From an uncultured delta proteobacterium (GTDB taxonomy: Bacteria > Myxococcota_A > Polyangia > Polyangiales > Polyangiaceae), in contig CAVQUB010000011.1 in the NCBI GenBank assembly GCA_963716725.1, positions 352,001 through 416,000 on the forward strand: 64,000 bases of DNA, in the 5' to 3' direction. Shown here in pieces: positions 1 through 10,100 of this stretch. Position numbers and translations under genes: made by a program. A model generated the notes under the pieces. That model was not told the origin of the DNA and did not search any database. It saw only the letters and a list, made by a program, of their open reading frames with translations. Within the stretch, counting starts at the first letter, position 1, and each line of letters begins with the position of its first letter.

Positions 1-259
1 TCCGAGCCTGACAGGCCAAGCGATTGTTCGCGGGCCCAGCCAGCAGGTCGAGCAGCTCGCGCTCGAGTTCACTCGGTGCCTCCAAGAGCACGGCGCCCTC
101 GAGCACCTCGACTTGACAGGTTCCGCAGCTCGCTGAACGGCACGAGAACGGGATTGGCGCGAGGAGCTCGTCGCACAAATCCACGAGCTCGGCGCCGGCC
201 GAAGCCTCGACTCGCTTCTCTCGACCCAGAGCGTTGCCCTCGAACACGACCGTCGGCAC
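1..259 (-). CDS. 2Fe-2S ferredoxin (3' end runs off the window)
   Basis: Not in the ORF track; translated by hand from GTG at 259: VPTVVFEGNALG...PIPFSCRSASCGTCQVEV...RLACQAR, with the C-x4-C-x2-C...RLACQ plant/adrenodoxin-type motif. Confidence 0.85.
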   Translation of the reverse strand, partial: MPTVVFEGNALGREKRVEASAGAELVDLCDELLAPIPFSCRSASCGTCQVEVLEGAVLLEAPSELERELLDLLAGPANNRLACQAR

Positions 260-394
260 GGAAGCATTGTTGGACGCGTCGGCGACTCGCGCCAGTGCTA
301 AGCTGCCGCCGGTGCTCGCCTTGCCCGCCTTGCTCTCCGAAGATCTGCCGCGCCGGGTCCGCGGCCGCCTGAATGCGCTCGTCGAAGGACCGTC

Positions 395-826
395 ATGACG
401 ACGCCGGACGGCCTCGTGGTTCAGGCCAATCTGACGATCCCCGAGCGCGACCTGAGCATGCGCGCCACTCGCGCGAGCGGTCCTGGGGGTCAAAACGTGA
501 ACCGGGTCGCGACCAAGGTCGAGCTCAGCTTCGATCTGCGCGGCTCGACCGCTCTCGACGAGCCGACAAAGGCTCGCCTGCGCCGGCTCGCAAAAAATCG
601 CCTAGACGCCGCGGGCAACCTGGTGATCACCAGCCAGGTCACGCGATCGCAGGCGCAGAACCTGGACGACGCTCGAGAGAAACTGGCAGCGCTGGTCCGG
701 GCCGCGCTGGTCGTGCCGAAACGCCGCCGGGCGACCCGACCCACGCGTGCTTCCAAGGAGCGGCGGCTCGATTCGAAACGGCGCCAGTCTCAGAAGAAGC
801 AAGCGCGGGACACCAGCGGCGACTGA
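395..826 (+). CDS. arfB: Alternative ribosome-rescue peptidyl-tRNA hydrolase ArfB (YaeJ)
   Basis: SGPGGQNVN GGQ motif and basic C-terminal tail (RRATRPTRASKERRLDSKRR). Confidence 0.93.
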   Translation: MTTPDGLVVQANLTIPERDLSMRATRASGPGGQNVNRVATKVELSFDLRGSTALDEPTKARLRRLAKNRLDAAGNLVITSQVTRSQAQNLDDAREKLAALVRAALVVPKRRRATRPTRASKERRLDSKRRQSQKKQARDTSGD

Positions 827-829
827 GCC

Positions 830-1573
830 TCATTTGGACTCTTCGCGACAGATCTCGGCTTGGTCCTTGGGGCAAGAGACACGCACGTGAAAGTGATCGT
901 CGTGGGGACTCGAGTCTTCGGGCTGCTTCAGGAGCCCCGCGACCTCAGTCACGTACCTCTGGAACGCCGGCTGCTTGGCCGCATAGCCGAGCAGGCGCAG
1001 CCGTAAGCCGCGGGAGACGAAGATGTGGGAGAGCCCGGCGCGGTCGTCCCGAACCCACGACTGCACCAAGAGCCAGTTCCGACGATCGTCGAAGGTGAGG
1101 CCGCTGCCGTCCGTGGCCTTGCCGTCGGTCGTGAAGCTCACGAACTTGTCGGGCGTCACCGGCTTTCCGTTGGGGCCCAGCGCGTAGAACCCGACGTCGG
1201 CGTCCCGGCCGCTCTGGTGCGACCGGTGCCCAGGCAGCGATCCACCGTGCTTGCTCGAGAGATCCCCGACCAGCATCCGAGTTCCGGGCGCGACCTTCGC
1301 GATCTCCTTGGCGCTGCGCCGAAGCATCAGCACCAGGGCGGGGTGGCCGTAGGTATTGCTGTCGCTGCCCACCTTGATGGCCAGGACCTTGCTCTTCTTG
1401 ATGCGCTTCGCGCGAACGTGCCAGCCCGCGTTCGGGTGCCCGATCGTGAGCGACATCAGCGAATACGGCGCCCGAGTGAAGCGCTGCGGCAATGCGCGAC
1501 CAGGCGCACTGAAGGCGGCGATGGGTACGAGCATCGCGACGCAGAGCCAGCACCAGGCGAGCCGAAAACGCAC
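830..1573 (-). CDS. Penicillin-insensitive murein endopeptidase (MepA-like)
   Basis: Signal peptide; GDLS..GG...GHRSHQSGRDAD and HDDHFHVR LAS metallopeptidase motifs. Confidence 0.85.
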   Translation of the reverse strand: MRFRLAWCWLCVAMLVPIAAFSAPGRALPQRFTRAPYSLMSLTIGHPNAGWHVRAKRIKKSKVLAIKVGSDSNTYGHPALVLMLRRSAKEIAKVAPGTRMLVGDLSSKHGGSLPGHRSHQSGRDADVGFYALGPNGKPVTPDKFVSFTTDGKATDGSGLTFDDRRNWLLVQSWVRDDRAGLSHIFVSRGLRLRLLGYAAKQPAFQRYVTEVAGLLKQPEDSSPHDDHFHVRVSCPKDQAEICREESK

Positions 1574-1675
1574 GGCGGAAACCTAGCTCAAAACCCGACG
1601 GGCGGGGACCGCGAGTCCGAGGCCGGGTCCCGGTCGCTTTACACCGCCCGACCGATCTGGTTTGAAACACGCGAG

Positions 1676-2770
1676 ATGAAGACGGTCGTCGTGTTCGGCG
1701 CCACCGGTTACACCGGCCGGCTGGTGGTCGATGCGCTGCTGGCACAAGGCGTGCACGATATCGTGCTCGGTGGACGCAGCGAAGAACGCCTGCGCGAGCT
1801 TTCGAAGCGTCACTCCGGTCTGCCGTGGCGCGTGGCGGACGCGCTCGACCCCGCTACGCTGGGACCGCTCGTCGCCGGCAGCCACGTGGTGATCAGCACG
1901 GCGGGTCCGTTCACGCTCTACGGCGAGCCCGTCGTGCGAGCCGCGCTCGCCGCCGGCGCGCACTTCCTCGATACCACGGGGGAGCAGGGCTACATGGCGA
2001 CGATCCTGGAGCGGTACCACGGCGCGGCCTGCGACAAACGCTTGGCGGTGGTCAACTCTCAGGCCTTCGAGTTTGCGCTCGGCTGCTGCGCCGCTGCATT
2101 GCTTGCAGAGTGGGATCCGGCGCTGCACACCATCGACGTCTTCAACCGCGTCTACGGCTTCGGCGCGACGCGGGGGACCCAGCAGTCGGCGCTGCGGCAG
2201 GCGGTGGCGGACGCCTTGATCCGCAGAGACGGGCGCCTCGTCCGGCGGGGTCTCTCGCCGCTGCCCGAGTGGGTCACCTGGCCCGACTCGGGAAAGCGTG
2301 AGCCGGCTGCTCCCTTCCCGGGCGGCGAAGCGCTGCACCTCGTCCGGACACATCCCGAAGTCCGGAACGTCACCACCAACCTCGCAATGCCTGCGCGGGT
2401 GGCGCTGCCGCTGATGCTCGGGTGGAGCGCGCGCCCGCTCCTGCGCGTCGCGGCCAAGGCCGGGCTGCTCGAGCCATTGCGCCGAAAGATCCAGACCGGC
2501 ACCGAGGGGCCCAGCGGCGAGTCACGGGACAGGAGCGGGTTCAAGGTGCTCGCCCGGGGTCGAAGCGACGTCGCCACCCGCGGGGTGTTGGTGAAGGGGC
2601 ACGACGCCTACGGCACTACCGGCGTCATCGCGGCGCTTGGCGCCAAAATGCTCTGCGAAGGGGACCCCAACGCCGTGGGCGTGATCTCGACGGATCAGGC
2701 CTTCGGCGCCGGACGCTTTTCGAAAGCGCTCGAGCCCTTTGGCGTGACGGTGAGCCGTCACGAGATGTGA
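1676..2770 (+). CDS. Saccharopine dehydrogenase-like / trans-acting enoyl reductase family oxidoreductase
   Basis: Start reassigned to MKTVVVFGATGYTG (Rossmann fold); STAGPF..YGEPVV and DTTGE motifs. Confidence 0.85.
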   Translation: MKTVVVFGATGYTGRLVVDALLAQGVHDIVLGGRSEERLRELSKRHSGLPWRVADALDPATLGPLVAGSHVVISTAGPFTLYGEPVVRAALAAGAHFLDTTGEQGYMATILERYHGAACDKRLAVVNSQAFEFALGCCAAALLAEWDPALHTIDVFNRVYGFGATRGTQQSALRQAVADALIRRDGRLVRRGLSPLPEWVTWPDSGKREPAAPFPGGEALHLVRTHPEVRNVTTNLAMPARVALPLMLGWSARPLLRVAAKAGLLEPLRRKIQTGTEGPSGESRDRSGFKVLARGRSDVATRGVLVKGHDAYGTTGVIAALGAKMLCEGDPNAVGVISTDQAFGAGRFSKALEPFGVTVSRHEM

Positions 2771-2780
2771 GCGGTCTCGA

Positions 2781-4226
2781 TCAGCGCACGCAGTTCCTGC
2801 CCGCGTGCTTGGCTTCGTACAGGCGTGCATCGGCCGCCGCGATCAGCGGCAACAGCTCAGCCCCGTCTGCCGGAAACTCGGCCACGCCCGCCGAGACGGT
2901 GAAGCGAGGCAGCGCGTCGCGCTCGCGACCGATGTGCTCACGCACCTCTTCGACCACGCCCAGGGCGGCGGACCTGGGTGTCTCGGGCAGCAGCAGGACG
3001 AACTCCTCGCCACCCCAGCGCCCCACGCAGTCGGTCTTGCGCACGCGTTTTGAAATGTCGTCAGCAAACGCCCGAAGCACCTCGTCCCCGGTCTGATGAC
3101 CATGCCGGTCGTTGATGCCTTTGAAGTGGTCGAGATCGAGCATGGCGACGGAGAATGGCCGGGCGCTACGGCGGGCGCGGTCGATCTCGTCGCAGAACCG
3201 CTGTTGCATGAAACGCCGGTTGAAGAGGCCCGTCAGCGCATCCCGGCTGGCGAGTTCTCGCAGGCGTTCTTCGCTCGCCCGCAGCTGGGCCTCGACTCGC
3301 CGGGTCTGAGTCACGTCGCGGTAGCTCCACACTCGCCCGCTGACCTCACCCCCGACCCACTGCGGTCGGCTCGATCGTTCTATCCAGCGACCGTCGCGGA
3401 GCTCGAACAGATCCACGTGGTCGCCGTCGGTGCTCTGCGCCGCGAGTTGCTCGGTTCGGGCGACGAAGTCATCGGGGGCCGAGCACTGGTCCGCCAGGTA
3501 AGCAATGCGCGCGCCCACGTCGCTCTCTGCTTCGAGCAGCTCCTTGGGCACCCCCCAAATCTCGACGAAGCGTTGATTGTGGGCGATCACTCGCCCACGC
3601 CCATCGACCGCCAGGATGCCCTCGCCGGTGGCGTCAAAGGCCGCCCGCAAGAGGGAGAACGACTGGGCCAACTGCCTCTCGCTCTGAATGCGGCGAGCGT
3701 GCTCGAGCGAGAGCGATACCAGGCTCGCGAGGTACCGGGCCGTGTTCTGCTCGTCGACGGGGAACTCGCGTTGTCCACCCACGTGCTCGTGACACAAGAC
3801 GCCCACGTTCCTGCCGCCGAGGCGGATCGGCGCGTCGAGCATCGCACCAATTCCCAGCGGCGCGAGGTACGCCCGGGTGAACTCGGAGGTGCGGGGATCG
3901 CTTCGGGCGTCGAACGCTGCGATGACTTCCTCGGAGCGCAGTGCCGCAAAATAGCGCGGGTAATCCACCGCCAAGAGCTCGGTCCCGCGGCTATGCCGCG
4001 CAGGCGTCCGCTCGAACAAGTCCTCGCACACGATCTTGGTGCGGTCGGCGGCGAAGAGCCAGACACTCACGCGCTCGACGTCGACGGCGGCGACGGCGGT
4101 CTCGGTGATCACACGGACGGCTCCCTCGGGATCCGCCTCGTAGTTTCGCCAGTTCGAGCCGATGGCAAGCAGCGCAGCCTGCTGGCGCTGGACACGGCTG
4201 GGCAACGATTCCGGCGGAGCTGTCAC
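2781..4226 (-). CDS. GAF-PAS-GGDEF diguanylate cyclase
   Basis: GAF (AMLDAPIRLGG..VGVLCHEH), PAS, D.LTGLFNRR, DLDHFK.IND.HGH..GD, GGEEF; start assumed at GTG 4226. Confidence 0.9.
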   Translation of the reverse strand: MTAPPESLPSRVQRQQAALLAIGSNWRNYEADPEGAVRVITETAVAAVDVERVSVWLFAADRTKIVCEDLFERTPARHSRGTELLAVDYPRYFAALRSEEVIAAFDARSDPRTSEFTRAYLAPLGIGAMLDAPIRLGGRNVGVLCHEHVGGQREFPVDEQNTARYLASLVSLSLEHARRIQSERQLAQSFSLLRAAFDATGEGILAVDGRGRVIAHNQRFVEIWGVPKELLEAESDVGARIAYLADQCSAPDDFVARTEQLAAQSTDGDHVDLFELRDGRWIERSSRPQWVGGEVSGRVWSYRDVTQTRRVEAQLRASEERLRELASRDALTGLFNRRFMQQRFCDEIDRARRSARPFSVAMLDLDHFKGINDRHGHQTGDEVLRAFADDISKRVRKTDCVGRWGGEEFVLLLPETPRSAALGVVEEVREHIGRERDALPRFTVSAGVAEFPADGAELLPLIAAADARLYEAKHAGRNCVR

Positions 4227-4404
4227 CCGCAGCAGCCTACCACGGGGCTGGTTTCGCCTCGTGGAGTTCGGCGCACGTGCATCCGACCCGGGGCTGTCCC
4301 GCCTCGGGAGTTGACGGCGAGCATGAGCGAAGCCTGGCCCCTCGGCCCCTTGACGGTCGCCGCGTCTCGCGCAGCCGCCGCTGACGCGGCTCGCTCTTGT
4401 CGAG

Positions 4405-6344
4405 TCACCACCAGAGCTCGGCGCTGCCGTAGTACCGGCGGCCCGGCAGCGGCATGCCCACGCTGTCGAACTGCTCGCTGTCGAGCAGGTTCTCCGCGGC
4501 AAGGCGCAGCGCCAGCCGCCGATCGACGAGCAGCACGGCCAGATCCGAGTTCAGGGTCCACTGCTCTTCGATCACCACCAGGCCTGCCGGATCGGCCACG
4601 CGTGACGATCGATGCTGCGCGCTCGCGCCGACCGCCACCCGATCGATCCGGCCCAGGCCATCGGCAAAGAGTTCGAGCCGCGCGCTGCCGACCAAGCGCG
4701 CTTGAAATGGCAACAGGGTGTTCTCGATCTGTCGGCCTTCGCTCAGGTCGCGGGGGTCGAGCAGAGTGAGCGCGACGTCCAGACGTGCGTGATCGAAGGC
4801 GAGCGCATTGCTGCTGAATTCGAGCCCCAAAAACCGCGCACGCCCCACGTTGTAGGGACGCACCGCGCCGAAGCTGGCGCGTCGATACGCGACGAGATCG
4901 TCGGCGACCCGCGCAAATGCAAACACATCCCCCCAAGCGAGACGTCGTCGCCGCGCAGGGCCGCGCGTGCCCCGAGGTCGACGGAATGCCCGGTCTCCGA
5001 GACCAGCGCCGGGTTGCCGCGCACGATGGCGCTCACTCCGTAGAGCTCACCGAGGGTGGGGACTCGCGTGCTGCGCACCGCGTTAGCCAGCAGCGAGACG
5101 TGCTCGCCGAGACGAAGCTCGGCGCCCGCTCGCACTGCGGGAGCCAGCACCTCGCTGTGGTCGCTGCCGCCCAGGGTCGCGTGTCGTTCGAGGGCGCCGA
5201 CGAGGGCGAGGGACAGATCTCGGTCGATCTCGACGCGGGCACTGGCGTCGATGCGCGAGGCGTCGCGGCGAGCCCGGAGCCCCGGATCAATCCGCAAGAT
5301 CTCCAGCTCCTCGCTGCCGCCCAGGCGAAGCCGCAGCGTATCCAGTGGATCCCAGATCAGGTGAGCGGTCTGCCCCGCGCGCGTGCCGCGACTGGTGAGC
5401 TCCGCGGCGCCCACGCCGAGCTCGCCGCGCGGATCGCTCAGGCGGTGACTGCCGAGCAGCGCGCTAGTGGTGAGCTCGAGGCGGCACCCGGCGGCGCAAG
5501 GCACGCTCGAACGCACACCGACCAGGGTCCGCTGGACGCGCGCACGCGCGTGCCGGGCCGGGATCACGCCGAGTCCGGTCACGCCCTGTTCACGCGAAAA
5601 GCCGTTCAGCAGCGTGGTCAGGCGGGCGTCGCGCCCGAGGCGGGTGCGTCCGATCGCCCACACGTCCCACGATCTCGCGTCCGCGTTTGGGCGACGCACG
5701 ACGCGGTCATCGGCGCTGGTCGCCGTCGTACCGGCGTCGTCGACGTACTCGTAGTCGTTGTCGGCTCGCTCGTAGCGCAGACCCACCAGCGCACCGGCAC
5801 CGGCCCGCGCACTGGCGCCGCCCACCAAGATCGAGCGATGACCAAAGCTGCCGGCCTCGATGCCGGCGCCCAGGGTCGGCCGCCGAGGAAAGCGCGGCTC
5901 GAGCAAGACCGCACCGCCCATGCCCATGCGATCGACGCCTTCGGGGGCCGTCCCGCGAAACACCTCGACCCGCTCCAACATCCAGAGCGGCGCCTGCGAG
6001 AGATCCGCGGCCCCGATCAGATCGTCGTTGAGCCGAATGCCAGCGAGGTAGACCGGGGTCTGGGCGCTGGTCGCGCCGCGCAGTGACGCCGTCGAGAAGT
6101 CCGAGCTGCTCCCGCTCCGCTGGACCTGAGTGCCCGGCACGCGCTGGAGAACGTCGCCGAGATCTGCGCCGGGCGCTTCGAGCTCGGCCCGTGGGATCTG
6201 CGTCGACGCCGCCGTCCGCTCCCGCTTCGAGCTCCGGTCGAGCCGGTCCTCATGGACCACCACCTCGACGGGCTTCTCTTCGGCCCGAGCAACGCCTACC
6301 GAGAGGGCGACCGCGATCAGCAGCCGTCTTCGACTCAAGGACAC
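4405..6344 (-). CDS. TonB-dependent receptor, probable cobalamin receptor (BtuB-like); one frameshift at ~4930
   Basis: Plug domain (LRGATSAQTPVYLAGIRLN, LERVEVFRG) in ORF 4743..6578 joins ORF 4405..4926 (barrel end ENLLD...PLPGRRYYGSAELWW) across a G6 run at 4929-4934; lies downstream of a B12 riboswitch. Confidence 0.8.
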
Positions 6345-7042
6345 GCTGCGTTCACGAGACCGACCGCGTCCAAGTCGAAGACACCGTTCATGCCCTGGAG
6401 ATCGACGCGATCGGTGATGCGAACCCAACGCGCTTCGACGAGGCCCACGTCGGCGAGATCGAAGGCATCGCCGCCCGCGACTGCAGGGTCGAGGGGATCG
6501 ATCGCGTTGTCGTCGACGTTTGCGTGGACCGGATGCCAACCGGCGCAGGAACCATAGGGCGCGGCACTGGCCGAGCACTCGAAGGCCGCCCAGTTCTCAC
6601 CGTCAGCGCTGACCTCGACGGCTCCAAGCTCGGCGAAGGGCAACTCGGGATCGCCCCCGATGAAGAACGCGTTCTCGAACACGATGAAGTCGGGGCCCGG
6701 CCCGTCCACGATCCGGGTCTGACCGAAGGCGAGCGTCACCTGGCCGCCGTTGCCGAGCGAGACGACGTCCAAGGAGCCCTGCTTCGTCCCTCCGCCGCGG
6801 GGCGGTCCCAAGAGCGGCGTCGGAAACGTGCTCTGACCGGCGTTCTGACCGGGACCGAAGGCGTGGTCGACCACGCTCGCCGCGAAGCGCGGGCAGGTCT
6901 CCGCTCCCGCGGCGCCGCCGACGGCGCTGACGCTTCCATGCCCACCGCTACCCGACGCCGGCGCTCCGGCCGAGTCGTCGGCCCCGCACCCCGCAGCGGA
7001 GGTCATCAATAGAAGAACTGGGAGCCAGTCTCGCGTCGTCAT
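6335..7042 (-). CDS. Cell-surface lipoprotein, first gene under the cobalamin riboswitch
   Basis: Lipobox SAAGC, Gly/Ser linker, then SLGNGG..DGPGPDFIVFENAF..ELGAVEVS..GGDAFDLADVG..RWVRITD domain. Confidence 0.75.
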   Translation of the reverse strand: MTTRDWLPVLLLMTSAAGCGADDSAGAPASGSGGHGSVSAVGGAAGAETCPRFAASVVDHAFGPGQNAGQSTFPTPLLGPPRGGGTKQGSLDVVSLGNGGQVTLAFGQTRIVDGPGPDFIVFENAFFIGGDPELPFAELGAVEVSADGENWAAFECSASAAPYGSCAGWHPVHANVDDNAIDPLDPAVAGGDAFDLADVGLVEARWVRITDRVDLQGMNGVFDLDAVGLVNAACP

Positions 7043-7134
7043 CTGACCTCCGGGCGATGCGCGCGCCCTTCTGGTGAATCACCTCCTCGGAGCCCACGCC
7101 GCCAAAATGGCGACGCTTCCGAGGTACCGGCGTT

Positions 7135-7310
7135 CAGGTCTTCTGACTTCTCGTTGTGTCCGGTCGCCTTCCCAGCGCTGGGCCAGTGGCTTAATTGACC
7201 GGACCGTCCCGAGTTACAGCGGCGGCTCCGTGCCGGATTCTCACCGGCTTCCCTTGGTGTCGGTACTGGTCCGGGTATCACGGCCCAGGTCACCACGCAA
7301 TCACCTCGGC
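7135..7310 (-). promoter_or_regulatory. Cobalamin (B12) riboswitch
   Basis: Minus strand reads AGGGAAGCCGGTGAGAATCCGGCACGGAGCCGCCGCTGTAA...AAGCCACTG...GGGAAGGC...GAAGTCAGAAGACCTG (B12 box); upstream of a TonB receptor; 5' boundary approximate. Confidence 0.93.
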
Positions 7311-7373
7311 TCTTCCACGGGCTCTCCCTCCGCTGAGCACCTTGCAGGCGTTGGATCCGAGCGAGAGGTGAAG

Positions 7374-8882
7374 ATGTTCCATGAGCCACCGCCGCTTCCG
7401 CCCCAGATGTCCGAGCCGCCGAGGTTGGATCCCGGCCCAAGCCCTCCGCCCCGCTCGCGCCATGCGCTCCTGCTCAATCCATTTTACCCGAAAGACCGCT
7501 ACTCGAGCTTCGGCAAACACGTGCTCACGCCGAGCCTCGCCCTCACCACCATCGCTGCGTCGACCCCGCCGGACTGGACGCTGGACTACTGGGACGAGAA
7601 CCTCCTCCAAGGGCCGCCGCCGCTCGACCCCTTCCCCAGCGTGGTGGGCATCACCGTTCACCTCACCTTCGCCAAGCGCGCCTACGAGCTGGCACGCTAC
7701 TACCGATCGCGCGGGGCCCGAGTCGTGCTCGGTGGTCTTCACGTGCAGTCGTGTCCGGACGAAGCGGCGCCCCACGCCGACGCCCTCGCGCTCGGTGAGG
7801 GCGTCCAACTCTGGGCGAAAATCCTCGCCGACGCGCAGCGTGGCGCCCTCGAGCCGCGTTACCACGGCAGCTACTCCGCGCCCTTTCGCGAGGATCCACC
7901 GCCCCGCCGCGGGATCCTGCCCAAGGGCCACTTCCTCACCGCGACGAGCCTGATGGCCACCCGCGGTTGCCACAACCGGTGCAGCTTCTGCTACCTGGCC
8001 ACCGACGGCCTACGCATGCCCTATCAAATGCGCGATCCCGGTCAGGTCGCCGCCGAGTGGCGCGCCGAGGGCGCTCCCTACGCGGTGTTCCTCGACAACA
8101 ACTTGAGCTCGAACCGAGCCTACCTCCGGCGCTTGTGCCGCGAGTTGGCGCCTCTCGACAAGATCTGGAGCGCGGCGGTGAGCATCGACGTGACTGACGA
8201 TCCGGATCTGGTGCGACAGATGGCGCTCGCGGGGTGCACAGCGGTGTTCGTCGGATTCGAGTCCCTCACCGGCGAGAACCTGACGGAAGCACGCAAAAAG
8301 ACGCCTCGACCCGAAGACTACGCACGAAGAGTGCAGATCTTCCACGACGTGGGCATCGCCGTGAACGGTAGCTTCGTGCTCGGCTTCGACCACGACGGCC
8401 CGGACGTGTTCGACCGGACCGTCACGTGGATCGAGGCAGCGCGGCTCGCTTGCGCCACCTTCCACATCCTGACGCCATATCCGGGCACGCCCTTGTTCAA
8501 CCGCTTGAATGCCGAGGGGCGTCTGCTCCACCAAGACTGGGATCGCTACGACACCGCGCACGCCGTGTTCCGTCCGCGGCGCATGAGCGCGGGCGAGCTC
8601 GAACGCGGCTACGCGGAGTGCTACGCGCGGGTCTTCTCTGCCGCTTCGATCTGGCGTCGACGGCCCCAGCGCAGCAGCGAGCTCCCGAGCTATCTGGCGA
8701 TGGCGGCGCTCTACAAACGCAGCAACGCGCTTTGGCCGCGGCTCATCGAGCGAGGGCTCACCGGGCGCGCGTGGTATCCCTTCGTCGAAGCCGCCCGACG
8801 CCGTCACCTCTCATTTCGCCGGCAGCTGGCTCGCGCGGGCTTTCGTTCCGGCTACTTGGCTCCGGTCTACGCTGGAGTCTGA
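7374..8882 (+). CDS. B12-binding-domain radical SAM protein
   Basis: N-terminal cobalamin-binding domain (DEN, VVLGGLHV, GEG) and TRGCHNRCSFC (CxxxCxxC); GAGG RBS before ATG 7374. Confidence 0.88.
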   Translation: MFHEPPPLPPQMSEPPRLDPGPSPPPRSRHALLLNPFYPKDRYSSFGKHVLTPSLALTTIAASTPPDWTLDYWDENLLQGPPPLDPFPSVVGITVHLTFAKRAYELARYYRSRGARVVLGGLHVQSCPDEAAPHADALALGEGVQLWAKILADAQRGALEPRYHGSYSAPFREDPPPRRGILPKGHFLTATSLMATRGCHNRCSFCYLATDGLRMPYQMRDPGQVAAEWRAEGAPYAVFLDNNLSSNRAYLRRLCRELAPLDKIWSAAVSIDVTDDPDLVRQMALAGCTAVFVGFESLTGENLTEARKKTPRPEDYARRVQIFHDVGIAVNGSFVLGFDHDGPDVFDRTVTWIEAARLACATFHILTPYPGTPLFNRLNAEGRLLHQDWDRYDTAHAVFRPRRMSAGELERGYAECYARVFSAASIWRRRPQRSSELPSYLAMAALYKRSNALWPRLIERGLTGRAWYPFVEAARRRHLSFRRQLARAGFRSGYLAPVYAGV

Positions 8883-8953
8883 GCGACGAGGCGCACCTGC
8901 ATCCTCCAAGGCGCTTGAATGTCGCTCGCGGATCGAGCTACTGACCGCCCACG

Positions 8954-9130
8954 ATGACCGCGTCCCCCAACGTCAAGCCCGAAGCCGAGCTCGAGGACAC
9001 TTGGTTCGCCGAGCCCGAGCCGATCTCCACCGAGCGACCGGTGCTCGTCGATGCAGAGCTCGACGGCGATTGGTTCGCGCGGGGACGTCCGCTGTCGAGC
9101 CGTCCGCCGCCGCCCGACGCCTCGGCGTGA
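8954..9130 (+). CDS. Small acidic 58-aa protein with a duplicated AEL(E/D)xxWFA motif
   Basis: Not in the ORF track; MTASPNVKPEAELEDTWFAEPEPISTERPVLVDAELDGDWFARGRPLSSRPPPPDASA*; fills the intergenic gap. Confidence 0.5.
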   Translation: MTASPNVKPEAELEDTWFAEPEPISTERPVLVDAELDGDWFARGRPLSSRPPPPDASA

Positions 9131-9139
9131 CCTGTACCC

Positions 9140-9566
9140 TCACTCGATGTCGAGTGAGAAGCTGACCGCCTTGTCCTTCTCGAAGCCCAGGCTGTTGTAG
9201 AAGTTCAGCACGGTGGTGTCAGCCTTGACCAGGGGGGTCACCTTGACCCGCGTGGGCGTCTTGCTGAGGCCTTCGCGGACCCTGCCGACGAGCGTCTTGC
9301 CGATGCCGCGGCTCTGGTAGTCCGGGTGCACCATCAGCTCTTGGATGTACAGGACTACGCCGAACTCGCGTTCGAAGGTGTAAGCCAAGATGGCGCCACC
9401 GATGCGGCCGTCCTCCAGCGCGACCATGCACGACGCCGGCTCGAATCGGTAGAATTTCTCGATGTAGGCCCGGGCGCTCGGGATCGACCAGCTCGCGCGA
9501 TAGGCCGCGATGTAGAGCCCGGCTACGGGATGCCAGATCGCCGTCCTTCATGCTTCGGATATCCAT
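9140..9566 (-). CDS. GNAT family N-acetyltransferase (frameshift near 9527)
   Basis: MDIRSMKDGDLAS joins VAGLYIAAY...LMVHPDYQSRGIGKTL (acetyl-CoA motif A) when one extra C is removed. Confidence 0.82.
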
Positions 9567-9635
9567 GCGCGCCTCTTAGCACCGCGAGCGGGGTCGCGTC
9601 AGCACCCAGCCCGCGCGAAATCTGCTTCGCAGCCC

Positions 9636-10100
9636 TCACTCCTCCTTCGGCGCGGAGGTGCTGAGCCGAAGCGGGTTGCGCGCCGGGACGCCGGACCAGA
9701 CATTCTTGCCACAGTAGGCGGTGAGGGAGCCCGAGACCCGGCGCGCTGTGCCCCGCCGGTGCAGCGCGAGCGCGAGGGAGACCGGCTCGGCGCCGCAAGG
9801 GCCCCCCGCTACCGGCGGGCCCGCGAACTTGGCGGTGAAGAGCGCGACGTCCGCCTCCGGAAAGCGCTCGAGCTTGCCGTTGCCAGCCAAGGTGACGGAG
9901 TCCTTGGCCACCCCGAACCCTCGGCTGAGCGTCAGGCGCAACCGGAGCTCCGCTCCGCGACTCTCGACGTGCAGCTGAGCGCTCTCGCGAATGTCCACGT
10001 CCAGCTCGAAGCTCTCGCTTCGGACAGGATCGGCACCCTCTTCGCCATCATGGCAACCGATCAGGCCGAGGGCCGCGCACAGAAGCATCGCGCGCCTCAT
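9636..10100 (-). CDS. Hypothetical lipoprotein
   Basis: MRRAMLLCAALGLIGC lipobox; ATGA overlap with the upstream gene. Confidence 0.65.
   Translation of the reverse strand: MRRAMLLCAALGLIGCHDGEEGADPVRSESFELDVDIRESAQLHVESRGAELRLRLTLSRGFGVAKDSVTLAGNGKLERFPEADVALFTAKFAGPPVAGGPCGAEPVSLALALHRRGTARRVSGSLTAYCGKNVWSGVPARNPLRLSTSAPKEE

Noticed and set aside
4929..4934. Phase-variable poly-G in the TonB receptor
   Set aside because: Only six G, and indel errors are common in this window; a homopolymer error is more likely.
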